Assembly: GCA_051294375.1 (NCBI GenBank)
Contig: CM119263.1
Location: 638,122 to 702,121 of the forward strand
Direction of reading: 5' to 3'
Origin: Paraspadella gotoi
Taxonomy: Eukaryota; Animalia; Chaetognatha
Length of the DNA: 64,000 nt
Shown here: positions 26,556 through 38,910 of the stretch, in pieces
How the letters are laid out: each line of letters opens with the position of its first letter
How positions within the stretch are numbered: position 1 is the stretch's first letter
The notes under the pieces: model-generated
Database searches by the model: none
What the model saw: only the letters and a program-made list of their open reading frames with translations
Told to the model about the DNA's origin: nothing
Made by a program: the position numbers and the translations under genes

Positions 26556-29500
26556 GTAAGTAACGACAGCAGCAGCTAATGCAGCGCCAGCGGAGGGTGA
26601 GGGTCAGAGAAAGCCCTTCCTCCAGACTTTTCCTAAATAAATAAATATGAATTGTGATTTCAGGTGCAGTCGTTCTTCCGAGGATGGCTCTGTCGGCGCA
26701 GGTGGAAGCAAATCGTCGAAGAATACATACGGTCACCTCATGCCGAAATGATGAGAAAAAGGTCTCAGCTTGGAATACTGTATTGTACACTGCTAAAAGT
26801 TCACTAAACTGGACAAAACTAGATATAACTGGATCAAACTAGACTAAATTAGACTTAAATAGACTAAAATACACAAAACTAGACAAAACTAAACCAAATT
26901 AGACTAAATTAGACAAAACAAGACTAAACTAGACAAAACTAGATTAAATTAGACTAAACTAGATAAAACAAGACTAAACTAGACAAAACAAGACTAAACT
27001 AGACAAAACTAGATTAAACTAGACAAAACTAGACTAAACTAGACAAAACTAGATTAAATAGATTAAACTAAACTAAACATCCAAATACAAGGAGCTGACT
27101 GTTGTCTCTATCGGACCCATTGACCTCATTCTCTGCCCCTCGGGCCACCCCGCCCCCCCCCTTTAACAGAAACAACATCGTTTTCAACATGGTGGCTTGC
27201 GAGCAGGAATACGTGCAGCAACTTTCGGTCCTCATTTCTTGCTTCATGCGGCCCTTGAAGATGGCAGCCTCGGCTCGAAAGCCGGTCCTCTCCCACGAGG
27301 ACGCCAATTCAATTTTCCTCAACATGTGAGTCTCAACTTTAAAAAAAAAAGTTTCAGCCTCGTTTTGAAAAAAAAAAGAGTGAAAATTAAAAAAAAAGAA
27401 AGCGTGAAATGTCACGCGAAATATGACTTTTTTTAGCAAGATTATCTTTTGTTTTGTATGGCAAAGGAAACATAACCGAAGAAATTAAACTGATACTTTT
27501 TTTTTTGCTTTTTTGCGATCAATTATGTTTATTTTTGATTTTGATAAGTAGATTTAAGCCTAAGTAGAATCATTTTGGTTACGTTACAATATGTACATAG
27601 GTGTTTAGTTTGACATATCGTTCGAATTTAAAGAATAAAAATGGAAAAGACATTGAATTGTAGCGAATGATTAATTTTAATTAAATTTGAATTTACAACT
27701 ATCATATCTAAAATTTTAAGCCGATCTCAAATCACAATACTCCAAACGATTTGTCAAAATATACAATTTTCTGTTTTACTCTTAGCTATTATATATATAT
27801 ATTTTTTTTTTGCATATAAGCGCGTCAGATTAGCCTGCTTGTCTTCATAAACGCATTTAACGGAGTTTATAATCTCCGTGTGACAACGCCGACTTTTTTT
27901 GCGGGCGTCGCCGCAGGTTTTTTTTACCCGTGGCGCGCCCTCTAGTGGCGGCGTTGAAAGTCGAAACGCCATCTGCTTTAATCGTTGCTTTTCTGTTTTT
28001 TTTTTCTGTTTTCTCGTTTTTTTTTCCATCTTTTTTTTCGTTCTCGGGAAAAATATATTTCTAAAAAAAAAAAAAAATTGGGACAACCGACTTTGGTTTT
28101 CCGGTATCGTTGCCTTTTCGTTGTCTCGGTCATTCCATTCACCCACGTGACTGTGATTCCCACGTGATCCCTCGTGACGCGTCCTGTGATTTCCTTTCTC
28201 GACCCCAAAATTCTTTTCCACCCACTCCTCTCATCTCCCCCTGCCCTCCATTTAACTCCCTAACGCGTGGTTCAACTTTGGCACAGAATTTCACGAAAGA
28301 GCCTCTCAGAACAGGGGGAGAAAGTGACGGCCAAATGTAAGCCAGTATGCACTCATGAGGACGTTAACTCAATATTTCTCAATATGTAAGTTGCCTGATT
28401 ATATCGATGCCTACTTATTATTTTTTTAAAGTTGTAGCGAAAATTATATTTTTTTTCTTATAATGACATAGATATTTAGATGGTAGAGCAAACGATGAGC
28501 AAATGCATTCGTTTTAATTCAAAACCAAGAATCAGTTTACTAATCTAGAATTTCGATATTGTACGAAGTCTGTTTAAAGGAATCAAAGATTTGCGGTCAA
28601 TTATAATTAATTTCTCTTTACGTTTATCATTTTACGCTCACCGATTAATTATAATTATAATCATAATTACATTTATATATATGCAAAATCGTTTGATTCT
28701 TTTAACAGCGAAATTTGACATTGTGTGAAAAGTTGTGCCGTGCCTTAGTTTCTTTGTACATTTATAGCCTCTCTCTATATCTAACAGATAAGCATTTGCA
28801 CCTCATGATAATCAACAGTAGATAAAGAAATTACGTTTGAACGAACAAGCAAAATATGTTTAGGAAAAAAATATTTAGAGAAAAAAAAAGGATTGAATCT
28901 CCCAAAAAATTCGTACATAGTAGACGCACATCTCCGTAACAAAATAGAAAACAATTATCATATAATACGATATTTGTTGATATGAGTTAATATGCAAGGC
29001 TGCCATGAAAGCTCTTCACTACACAGAGCACCATATTTAGCTTTTCTCGGATTTTTTTTCAAATTCTTTTCATGAAGCACGGTCGGGAGCATTTAGATAA
29101 AGCATTTAATAAAAGCAATTTTATCATAAAGCATAATTTTATAGTTTGAGCTTCCGCTTCGTATTCTTTGCATCGAGCCAATCCGATCGATGTCACAAGT
29201 TATTATCGAAAAGTCTGTGACAGGGATTATCATTGAAGTTGTCATTGATTTCTTTCCACAAAGTGAAACCGTCTACTTCCTGCATCAAATCTTCCTACAA
29301 GGGCTGACGACCAAATTGGAGGTTAGTTCGTATTGGAGGTTTTTTATCTTGTCTGTTTATTTGTATTTAATTTAATGTTTAATTTTCATGAAGTCTGTTT
29401 AATATAAGAGGATATCATATGACCTTTGGTCTACAGATTGAACTGTTCCTTTAGACCTTATAACTTATAAACTAAAATCTATATACGCAAGATTGGATAT

Positions 29501-32500
29501 TATATAAGAAAAACTTTTTTATTTAACTTTCAAAATACATTTCGTTTGACGTAAATGTCGTTAACCTTTTTTTTTAAAAATCTAAAAATAGAAAATGTCA
29601 AAAGGTTTACTTTTCAATAATTCATTTCTGAAAAAAAAAGAACATCGTTTTTTGGTCGCGTCATGAATCTTATATGCGTTTGGGTCAAAGGCGACGATTG
29701 GCGGGAAAAGTTCTCTCGAGATCCTGCGCTTTCCTCTGACGAGCTAAATGGAAATTAGAATTATCAATAAATCTTAAATTCAATTGTTAATTTTTTTAAA
29801 AATGTTACGCATTGTTGCGTTGTTTGAATAAGAGAAAGAAAAAATATTAAGTAGGAAGATATATTCGCGGATAACTCGAACTTTGTATGATTTATTTTCT
29901 TTTCAATTGATAGAATAATCATGTTAATTAATGTTAATAATAATTTTTAATTTAGTTAATTATTCCCATACCAATCCATTTTCTTCCTTTAACTCGTAAA
30001 ACCACATACCAGGCATGGCCTACGCTGCATCTAAGTGATCTCTTTGACATGCTGTTACCCATGTTGAGCATCTACCAGGAATACGTTCGCAACCAGCACT
30101 ACAGCCTCCAGGTGAGATCACGTGATCTGGAAGGCGTGTAACCGCTTCAACTGAGACGACGACGACGACGACGACGACGACGTCAACAACGTGTTTATGC
30201 AAGGGGACCACGATTAGAATCAAAATTAATTCATGAGCTTATTAATGCCATCGTTAATGCCATCATTAATGCCATCGTTAAAGCCATCAATAATGCCATC
30301 GTTAAATTTACAATTGATTACCTTTGTAGGTCCTTGCAGAGTGTAAGCAGAATCCAGAGTTTTATCAACTGCTGAAACGCTGCGAAGAAAAGCCAGCCTG
30401 TGAAGGTGAGACTTTTAAAGGCTCTCTTTTCTGAGAGTGCCCCCTTTCTGTTAGAAAAGCTAGCCTGTGAAGGTAAAGGATCGCAAATTATCTCGATTTT
30501 TAAAGGTTCTTTTTTCTGAGAGTGCCCCTTTTCTGTTAGTTTTTCCTATAATTTAATTTTAACTTTAGTATTTAACCTAAATATATTTTTAAATTTATTA
30601 ACCAATCCTTATTATAATCATAATCCATAACCATTATCCCTAATTTTTAACTCTAACCTTAGGAGAAAAACAATTTGATTTGTTTTGGCAACAAATTGTA
30701 TTTAAAGCAGACATGTTTTCGACTCTGCAGTTTCGAGTCTTCACCAACTCTAACTTTTTACAGGAAATAATACTCCCTCTTCTAAATCACAAACCAGGTC
30801 CCTAACTTTTATCACTGAAATAATCACTAACCTAATCATTAACTTTATCGTTCAATTAAAAAAATAACGTAATTCCGAATTTAAGATAAAATGGGGCGTT
30901 CTGGGAAAATAAGGCCCTTTTGGAATTCCAGAGGCGAATCTCCATCACCCTTTCTCTCCCGCAGGTCACACTTTGGAGACTTTTCTGACTCACCCCATGC
31001 ATCAAATCCCGAGATACATCGTGACGCTTCATGAACTTTTGGCGCACACGCCTCACAATCACGTGGAGAGGGAGAACCTTGAATACGCCAAGAGGAAACT
31101 TGAAGAGTTGTCCAGGTGAATGAATGGGGGAAAAAATAGAGGGATGGAAAGAAAGACTAAGAGATGGAGACTCATTGCAGGGTAAGGCATTTAAAAATAA
31201 TAAAATATAACAAATCGAATAAGGTACATAGCTATTTTAATGTAATCAAGTCTGTAAAATTCGATGTTGATAACCATTTTTTTGTATAGTTTCATCTTCT
31301 TTGTCGGAAATGGCAATTTTTTGCAGCATATAAGATACTATTCAAATGGAGCAAACATATAGAAATATAGCTAACTAACTTTTTATCAAATATAAAATTT
31401 AAAAATATACTTACCAAAATATTTTTAAAAGTCTTTATTTTTATATTTCAAAAGCTCATGTAAATTTTATAAAATTTTAATAGTTTTATTTTTCTTAACT
31501 TATAATGAGTTGTAGTGGTAGTATTTCATACCCCACTACTCGTCCGAGAATCAGCAGCACCTATGGCGTCGGAGGTAGCACGAGCTCCTCCCAACCCAAA
31601 GGACTCGGCTTCGCGCCCTGCTGATTCACACAAGTAAAAGCGGGACGGGGCGTCTAACCCACCTGCAGTGTCGGACTACAGCCCGATCCGAAGTTCGGGA
31701 CCTTGTGTGCAACGGACGGTAAACTGCTCGCGGCATCGTCTTCCACATTGGTGAGCCCGACGTGATAGAGACTACAGAGTGCTATTTTATAACAATTTTA
31801 TATACATTAAAATCGTCATTTTTGACAATAAAATAAAATTATACAAAGAAATTGTCATCACCATCGAATTCTACAGACTTGTTTACACTAAAATAGCTAT
31901 GTACCTTATTCGACTTGTTATATTTTGTTATTTTTAATCGCACTATTACATGGTCTTGCTATGGAATTGATTCAACTAATATATAAAATTTATCGATTCT
32001 TGTAAGCTTTGGTGGTTTAAGGCTTCTATCCCTCTTAAAGGATAATAATATAACTCGACTGTGAGAGAGTCTTGATTGAAAGCTTTCAGAGACACGCTAT
32101 GTCATAATCTTTTAAGAGTGACGGAGGCCTTGAACCACTATTAGCCAGTCCAAAGTCCATTGAATTAAATGCATTATTTTTATATTGATTATACCAATTT
32201 TAAAAAAACTAATAACCAGCTGGCCGCATTTTTTTTCTTCCTTGATATAAACTGACATCAATGACACTGACACTGACATCAACGACACTGACACTGACAA
32301 TGAAATTGACAATGAATAAACTTTTTCTGGACGAAGGATGAAACCGAGAAGATGAATGAGGGAAGGAGAGAGATTGAGCGCGCGGGTGTGTGTGTGTGTA
32401 CGGCCCTGTGTGAGAAATTAAGGAGGAAGGAAAAAGGAAAATCGAGTGACGAAGAAATACGAGGATCTTATTTTTCACTGAGAGAAAAAGTGAGTTTAAA

Positions 32501-34179
32501 AGAAGAAAAAGAAAAAAAAGAAAAAAAGTGGGAAAGAGGATTGAGCGATGGATTTAAGGTTGGAACGAAAAATAGGGAAGAAAAAAATTTCATACATCAG
32601 GTCTTTAAGGTTTTTTTTGGGGGGGGTCTTTATAATTATATAGTTGAAAGTGGAACAAAGAAGTATTTTCGACATAATGATATTCAATTAATGATATAAT
32701 CATAATTGTGGATTGGACGTAAAGTAGGTCGTAGAGTGCTAACCGCAACTTCTTTAAAAACTCAAGCAGCCATGGAACGGGTCCTGGGCCTGGAACCAGG
32801 CTTGGGGGTTTTCACGCCCGCAAGGTGATTACGGCCATCCACACGCGTCCCGCAGGGTAGACAGCGGGTTGGGATTGAACCTGGTACCTAGTGGTCATGA
32901 GCTGATGGTATTACATAGTGAGCCATCGGGTCAAGACTGAAGGTGTTATGCTTAAAGCCTACAAAATGAGTGTATTTTGATTATGAGAATTTGGTTTTCA
33001 GTCTTTGCAGTTTTATTTATTCCACTCAGTCAGTCTTCGCTCAAGACCAAGAGACGCCATTTTTTCTCTCTCTCTTTTCTGATTTCGTATGAGAATCCAT
33101 TTCCCGAAATTGGATTGAGGCTAAAAGGCCGCGACTCTCACAACCGCGACTCTCACAACTGCGACTCTCACAACCACGACTCTCACAACCTTGACTTTTC
33201 TACTTTTGAAATATATTTTGTCTCATAGTTTTTTCTGATAAACAGGTAAAAAAATATTTTAAGTTAATTTATTATGTTAATTGTTTTAAAACTAAAATTA
33301 ACTGAAGAACTTAAAATAATTAACAAACACGGTGCCTTATTGAGTAAAGCCATCAGCTCATGACCACTAGGTACAGGGTGTAATCCCAACCCGGTACCAA
33401 CCCTGCGGGAAGCGTGAGGACGGCCGTAAACCGCCTTGGGGGCCTGGAAAACCCCAATGCCTGGTTCCAAGCCCAGGACTCTTTCCATTGCTGCGAAGGG
33501 GGCACAGAAGTTACGGATAGTAGTCTTCAGCCCACTTAGCGCCTTATCCACAAAACAATTTGATACAATTGGTACTATACATATTTCTTTACAGGATGAT
33601 GCATGAAAAAGTGAGTGAGACTGAGAACATCCGCAAGAACCTACCCTTGATTATTTCTCTTTACAGGGTGATGCATGATGAAGTGAGTGAGACTGAGAAC
33701 ATCCGCAAGAACTTACCCTTGATTATTTCTCTTTACAGGGTGATGCATGATGAAGTGAGTGAGACTGAGAACATCCGCAAGAACTTACCCTTGATTATTT
33801 CTCTTTACAGGGTGATGCATGATGAAGTGAGTGAGACTGAGAACATCCGCAAGAACCTGGCCATTGAATCCATGATCGAGGAAGGCTGTGATATTTTACT
33901 CGACGTCAACCAAATGTTCGTTCGTCAAGGTGAGTGAGAGAGAGAGATGGTGTTTGAGAGAGAGTGAGAGAGAGAGGGAGAGAGAGAGAGAGACTAAGCT
34001 TTCTCAAATAATGACTGAAAGCGCCTCGAAATCACATCCCCCCCCCCGCGATTTCCTTTTCTTTTTTCAAGGACAATTGATTCAGGTTCAAACCGACAGA
34101 GGGATTCGACCGACGAGGCCTCGACTCGGGTCATTCGGGACCAAAGGCGGCGACAAAAAAGTCGAAATCGTATCTCAGG

Positions 34180-34256
<77 letters not shown>

Positions 34257-34713
34257 TTTTTGTACTAATTTAGCTTGTTTATGTTTTTGAGTGTGTGCTT
34301 TTTTCTTTAGTATTTAATTTCAAAATTTATAATAATAACGTTCTTAAATAGTAAATATAAAGAAATTTAATATTTTTCAGGCGTTTTTATTTACAAATCA
34401 TCTGCTTATCACAACGAGAGCCTCGAATGGTAGACTCCATCTGTCAAAGGTAAATTAAAGGGTTTGAATGTACGGAAAATATAATTATTTAAATTGTACA
34501 AAAACTTGAAAGATCAACATTTTAGCCAATGATAAAAAGGAAATAAACGTATAAATTAAGTTACAAACTCTCTTTTTTGTTTTATAAATTTAAATATACT
34601 TTATACAATTTAGTAAATTCTTATACCAGTTTTCTCATCTTGAGAGCGTCGGTCGCAGTATCAGCCTGTGAAGTGTGAACGGAGGTGATGATCACGTGAG
34701 GTCGTCTTCCTTT

Positions 34714-34748
<35 letters not shown>

Positions 34749-35566
34749 TTTCTCTGCTTCTTTCCGATTCCGAGAAGCGACGGGTTTTTTAATCTCGCGT
34801 CGCCAGAATAATCAGGCGCCTTTAATATTCATTGAGCGAAGGGGAATCTCGGTTTTCTTGCAGATTTCTTTTGATTGAAAGGAATTTTCCTTTTCTCTCT
34901 CCTTTCGCGTCAACTTTGTACCCCATCACTCCATCACTCCATCATTCCATCACTCCATCGACGTCATTCTACATCACACGACAAACCTATAATCTCTAAC
35001 CCCATCATCATCGACAGATATCAAGAATGTCTTACGGTCTTACCCCATCAGCGTCGCACTACATCGCCTTCACCTTTCACGCCATCATTTCTTTTCGACC
35101 ATGACCTTTCACTTCACGCTCTTACATCCGTGACATCCTTCACAAGATCACAGTCTCACATCTCAAAACTAATAAAGGAAAAACGAGGGAATTTCTCTTC
35201 CTTTTTTCTCTCTTTTTTTTCTTTCACAAAATCAATAAATGCTTTTCGAACTCTTATTATTTTTCACCGATTGGCTATTTAGTCCTATCTGATGTTTCAA
35301 TGTTAAGCGTTAACTAATAATCATAATCAATTAACCATAATAGTAGCCATAATAATAATAATAATAATAATAATCATAATCAATTAACCATAATAGTAGC
35401 CATCCCATTTTTACATTTAGTAGCCATCCCGTTTTTACATTGCCTGCCACTTCGGTCAACGCCCATCGCATCATGCCATAGATTCCTCCCATCCTAACGA
35501 TTATGCCAAGCCCTATGAATTTTTTTCATGTGGAAACATCTCTTTCTCTCTCTCTCTCTCTCTCTC

Positions 35567-35609
<43 letters not shown>

Positions 35610-36499
35610 CTCTCTCTCTCTTCTCTCTCTCGTCTCCCCTCTCTCTCTCCCTCGTAACCTCCCCATATTTTATCATTCCGAGTGAGTTGCTTGAGATTCC
35701 GTCCACCGCCGCCCCGCCGCACGCCGCCGTCGAACTTACCAGATTTTTTTAATCGCGACTCCGCTTCATCTTCTCACCTCACTCTCCCTCTCCCTCTCCC
35801 TCTCCCTCTCTCTCTCCCTTTTTCGCCCAAGGTTTCGGCTCGACCTCGATAGAAACGGAGTCGCTTTGATAGAGACAGAGTCGCCTTGAATTTTTCATCA
35901 TTTTTCATTTCCTTTACTCTTCCTTTCCAATTTTTAGTTGCGTCGCGAGTACTCGCGGAAACATATCTCTCTCTCTCTCTCTCTCTCTCCCTATATCTCT
36001 CTCTCTCCCCCTCTCTCTCTATCTATATCTCTCTTTTGGGTGTCGGTCGGTCGGTCAGTCGGTAGGTCTGTCTGTCCATTTGTTTGTTCCACTTACGTTA
36101 AAAATGCTCATAACCCGCCTATAGTTGGTTGCTCGTTTGTTAAGACAGAAAAAAGCAGCAAATCTAAATGACTGCTAGCGCCGCCTTTAGGAAATCCTAA
36201 AACTTTAAAGAATAAAAGAGGAGCAAAGAAAGTCACTGCGGCGCAACATTTTGCGTTAACCCTTCTTTTTTTCTCCAGATTTTGTTTTTTTCTTTTCAAT
36301 TCATTCATCTTTAATTTCCATTCGGTTTCTCCGCTACTTTTTTAAAAACTCTTATCTATTCACATTTTAAAATTTTTAGTGTTAGTAAATTAATCAATGA
36401 TTAACCAATGATTAATAATTTTTCGATACCAAAATAGAATTTATTTTGTTTTGTAAGAACTAAAAAAAATTCTTGTTTTCTTGTTTTCTTTTTTTTTCA

Positions 36500-36588
<89 letters not shown>

Positions 36589-36661
36589 TCCTTTCTGTCT
36601 TTCCTCAGGCGTGTAAGACGAGTTCCCCACCTGTTTTTATTCCTCTTATTCCGGGGGTCTA

Positions 36662-36704
<43 letters not shown>

Positions 36705-37461
36705 GTGTTTCAATCATCACCAAAGTGGTTTTAGAAACCGTCATAAAAAGCTACTTAATTTCTTTGGCTTGTGAGTTTTCCGAAAAAGGTCGGCAGTGTG
36801 AACCGGGGAAAAAAGACAAGTCAAAAATAAATCAGCGAACAAAACAAATAAACAAAACAAACAAAACAAAACAAAACAAACAAAAACATGAAAGAAAAAG
36901 TAGACATAAATCGTTGGTGACTCAAAATTCCCAACGTCGACTTCGTCCAAGGATTGGACACTTGACCATTTGAAGTGGACCATTACTTAACCAACTTTGT
37001 TTACAATACATAAAAATGTATACAATACATCCAAAAAATGGCTCTCTTTTCACAGGGTGTTTCTTCCCTAACCCTTAATCTGAAGTACTAGCCTAATCCC
37101 TAACCAAATCCATAAAGCTGCAGAAGACAAAAATCTAACCTTTCAACTAATCTTTAATTTAAAAGAAAATCATTTTTAATGAATTGTATTTATTAGGTAA
37201 TTAAATGTAGAAATTAACGTGAGTTCAAAAACTCTTTACCCGATATTAGATCAAATTATATTATATTAACTAATATTTTATCAAATATAACAATTGGTAC
37301 CTACATTCGACTGAATTATAAATTTTTTTGCAATAATAATACAATAATACAATAATTCTATGTACAATGAGCGAACTTGTCTCCCACTGTTTTTCAGGAG
37401 GGAAAAATCTCGCTCATCGATACGACGATCCTGGAAGATCCGACGATCGAAGAGGAGGACG
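26469..37461 (+). CDS. RASGRF: Ras-specific guanine nucleotide-releasing factor (RasGRF1/2 orthologue), internal exons: coiled-coil end, IQ, DH (RhoGEF), start of PH2
   Basis: Exons 26469-26555, 26664-26761, 27170-27325, 29264-29321, 30013-30111, 30330-30405, 30965-31115, 33811-33929, 34072-34178, 34381-34449 and 37398-37461 chain in phase. They give diagnostic RasGRF strings: [66 protein letters not shown]. Confidence 0.96.
26664..26761 (+). CDS. RASGRF: RasGRF IQ-motif exon [32 protein letters not shown]
   Basis: Strong match to the RasGRF IQ region. Confidence 0.95.
26803..27076. repeat. 10-bp period intronic repeat (ACTAGACAAA/ACTAGACTAA)
   Basis: Direct inspection. Confidence 0.9.
27170..27325 (+). 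CDS. RASGRF: RasGRF DH exon [51 protein letters not shown]
   Basis: DH CR1 helix; phase 2-2. Confidence 0.95.
28287..28385 (+). CDS. RASGRF: Candidate alternative RasGRF exon [32 protein letters not shown]
   Basis: CACAG acceptor, AT|GTAAGT donor, 99 nt, phase 2-2; its 3' half is paralogous to the end of exon 27170-27325. Confidence 0.7.
29264..29321 (+). CDS. RASGRF: RasGRF exon [19 protein letters not shown]
   Basis: DH homology, phase 2-0. Confidence 0.93.
30013..30111 (+). CDS. RASGRF: RasGRF exon [33 protein letters not shown]
   Basis: DH homology, phase 0-0. Confidence 0.95.
30330..30405 (+). CDS. RASGRF: RasGRF exon [25 protein letters not shown]
   Basis: DH homology, phase 0-1. 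Confidence 0.93.
30965..31115 (+). CDS. RASGRF: RasGRF exon [49 protein letters not shown]
   Basis: DH CR3, phase 1-2. Confidence 0.96.
31185..31945. mobile_element. MITE-like element with >100-bp terminal inverted repeats
   Basis: AAAATATAACAAATCGAATAAGGTACATAGCTATTTTA...GTCTGTA (~31200-31260) is the reverse complement of ~31870-31930. Confidence 0.8.
31511..31776. mobile_element. Solo LTR (266 bp), probably Gypsy-type, nested in the MITE
   Basis: Termini TGTAGT...ACTACA, 4-bp TSD GAGT (31507-31510 and 31777-31780), GC-rich against AT-rich flanks. Confidence 0.8.
32706..32955 (-). mobile_element. tRNA-derived SINE copy
   Basis: Reverse complement of the family at 33328-33553 and 38911-39133. 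Confidence 0.75.
33328..33553 (+). mobile_element. tRNA-derived SINE copy
   Basis: A-box-like head, CTCATGA loop, degenerate B box, body shared with three other copies. Confidence 0.75.
33578..33858 (+). repeat. 72-bp tandem repeat (x4) spanning a RasGRF intron/exon junction
   Basis: TTTACAG acceptors ending at 33594, 33666, 33738 and 33810, each followed by (V/M)MH(D/E)(E/K)[11 protein letters not shown]. Confidence 0.95.
33811..33929 (+). CDS. RASGRF: RasGRF exon [39 protein letters not shown]
   Basis: DH-PH linker; phase 2-1. Confidence 0.95.
34072..34178 (+). CDS. RASGRF: RasGRF PH2 exon [35 protein letters not shown]
   Basis: LIQV...RLGS homology; phase 1-0. Confidence 0.9.
34381..34449 (+). 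CDS. RASGRF: RasGRF PH2 exon [23 protein letters not shown]
   Basis: FLF..HL homology; phase 0-0. Confidence 0.93.
37398..37461 (+). CDS. RASGRF: RasGRF PH2 exon [21 protein letters not shown]
   Basis: ISLID homology; CAG/GTGAGT; phase 0-1. Confidence 0.9.
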
Positions 37462-37702
37462 GTGAGTTTGTCACAAATGATAGCTATCACAGCTATCACA
37501 GCTATCATTAAATGCATCCTTTATTCTATCACGGATTCATTAATTCATTTTCGCATCGAGCGACGTTTCACAATTCTCGAAAGATCAAAAAATGTGATAA
37601 TGTCATTGATGATGGTGATGTTGATGATGATGACGGTGATGGTGATGGTGATGTTGATAATGATGATGATGATGTTGGTGAAGTTTGAAGTGTTAAATTC
37701 CG

Positions 37703-37783
<81 letters not shown>

Positions 37784-37887
37784 CTATTATTAGTAAAACT
37801 GTGATGCAGCGATGTTTGTTTGATGTGAATTCACGTCGTTAGGGTTAAGTTCCTTTTTTGTCATCATCGTCGTCGTCGTCGTCATCA

Positions 37888-37934
<47 letters not shown>

Positions 37935-37993
37935 TTTTACGACTTTCCTCTTTCTCCTTTTCGCTCGATAAATCCTTTCGCTCTCTTCATTGC

Positions 37994-38167
37994 TCCTCAA
38001 CTCCCTTCCTTTTTGCTCCTATAGATAGTCCTCAACTCCCTTCCTTTTGCTCCTATAGATAGTCCTCAACTCCCTTCCTTTTGCTCCTATAGATAGTCCT
38101 CAACTCCCTTCCTTTTGCTCCTATAGATAGTCCTCAACTCCCTTCCTTTTGCTCCTATAGATAGTCC
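37994..38167. repeat. 34-bp tandem repeat (x5) with acceptor-like pyrimidine tract+TAG
   Basis: Unit TCCTCAACTCCCTTCCTTTTGCTCCTATAGATAG. Confidence 0.9.
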
Positions 38168-38910
38168 CCTGCTCCAGTGTCGAATTCGAAAATGTTTTTT
38201 ATTTCACGTCATGGACAATTGGACGGACTTGACTTCGACGTCGTTTTCGCCCCACGGTTCCATCGGTTCCATCGGTTCCATCGGTTCCATCGGTTCCATC
38301 GGTTCCACCTGGGACTTTTAGACGAGAACTTTCTCCTTTTTTCTTTCTCCTTTCTCCTTAATCTTAGTTTCTCTTTATCTCTATCTCTATCGTTTTTTTC
38401 CTTTTCATCTTTCTTCTCTTTATATTCTCTTCTCCTTTCTCTTCCCTCACTGCTTGTCTTTCTCCTGCCTCTTTTTCTTTAAAAATTCTGAATAGCTCTC
38501 TTTCTACTTTTCAGTCTCTCGTCTCTTCCCTCTCCCTTCCACTCATTCACGTCTCGTCTCTACAGCTTCTCATCTCCATCTCTCTCACTCTCATTCTCCT
38601 CTCTCTCCGTCTCACTCTCTCTCTCTCTCTCTCAGTCAAAATCTCTTCTCCTATCCTGACCGAAAAACCCGTCTCACAATCAATCAATGGAAACGTAGAA
38701 CCGCAACAGAGTAGAGATTCTAGAGAAGGAGCGAATTCGGAGTTGCAATCTTTTTCTTTAGTTAATGATTGATTTCTTAGAAATCCGATCCATGTTTTTA
38801 CTGATGGCAACGAGGAGTCCACGATGTCTTAACCGCTTATCGTAATTTGAGATATACCGCAATTTGGATGCTTTAATGTAGTCAGCCAATTCAAAAAGTT
38901 CACCCTGCCT

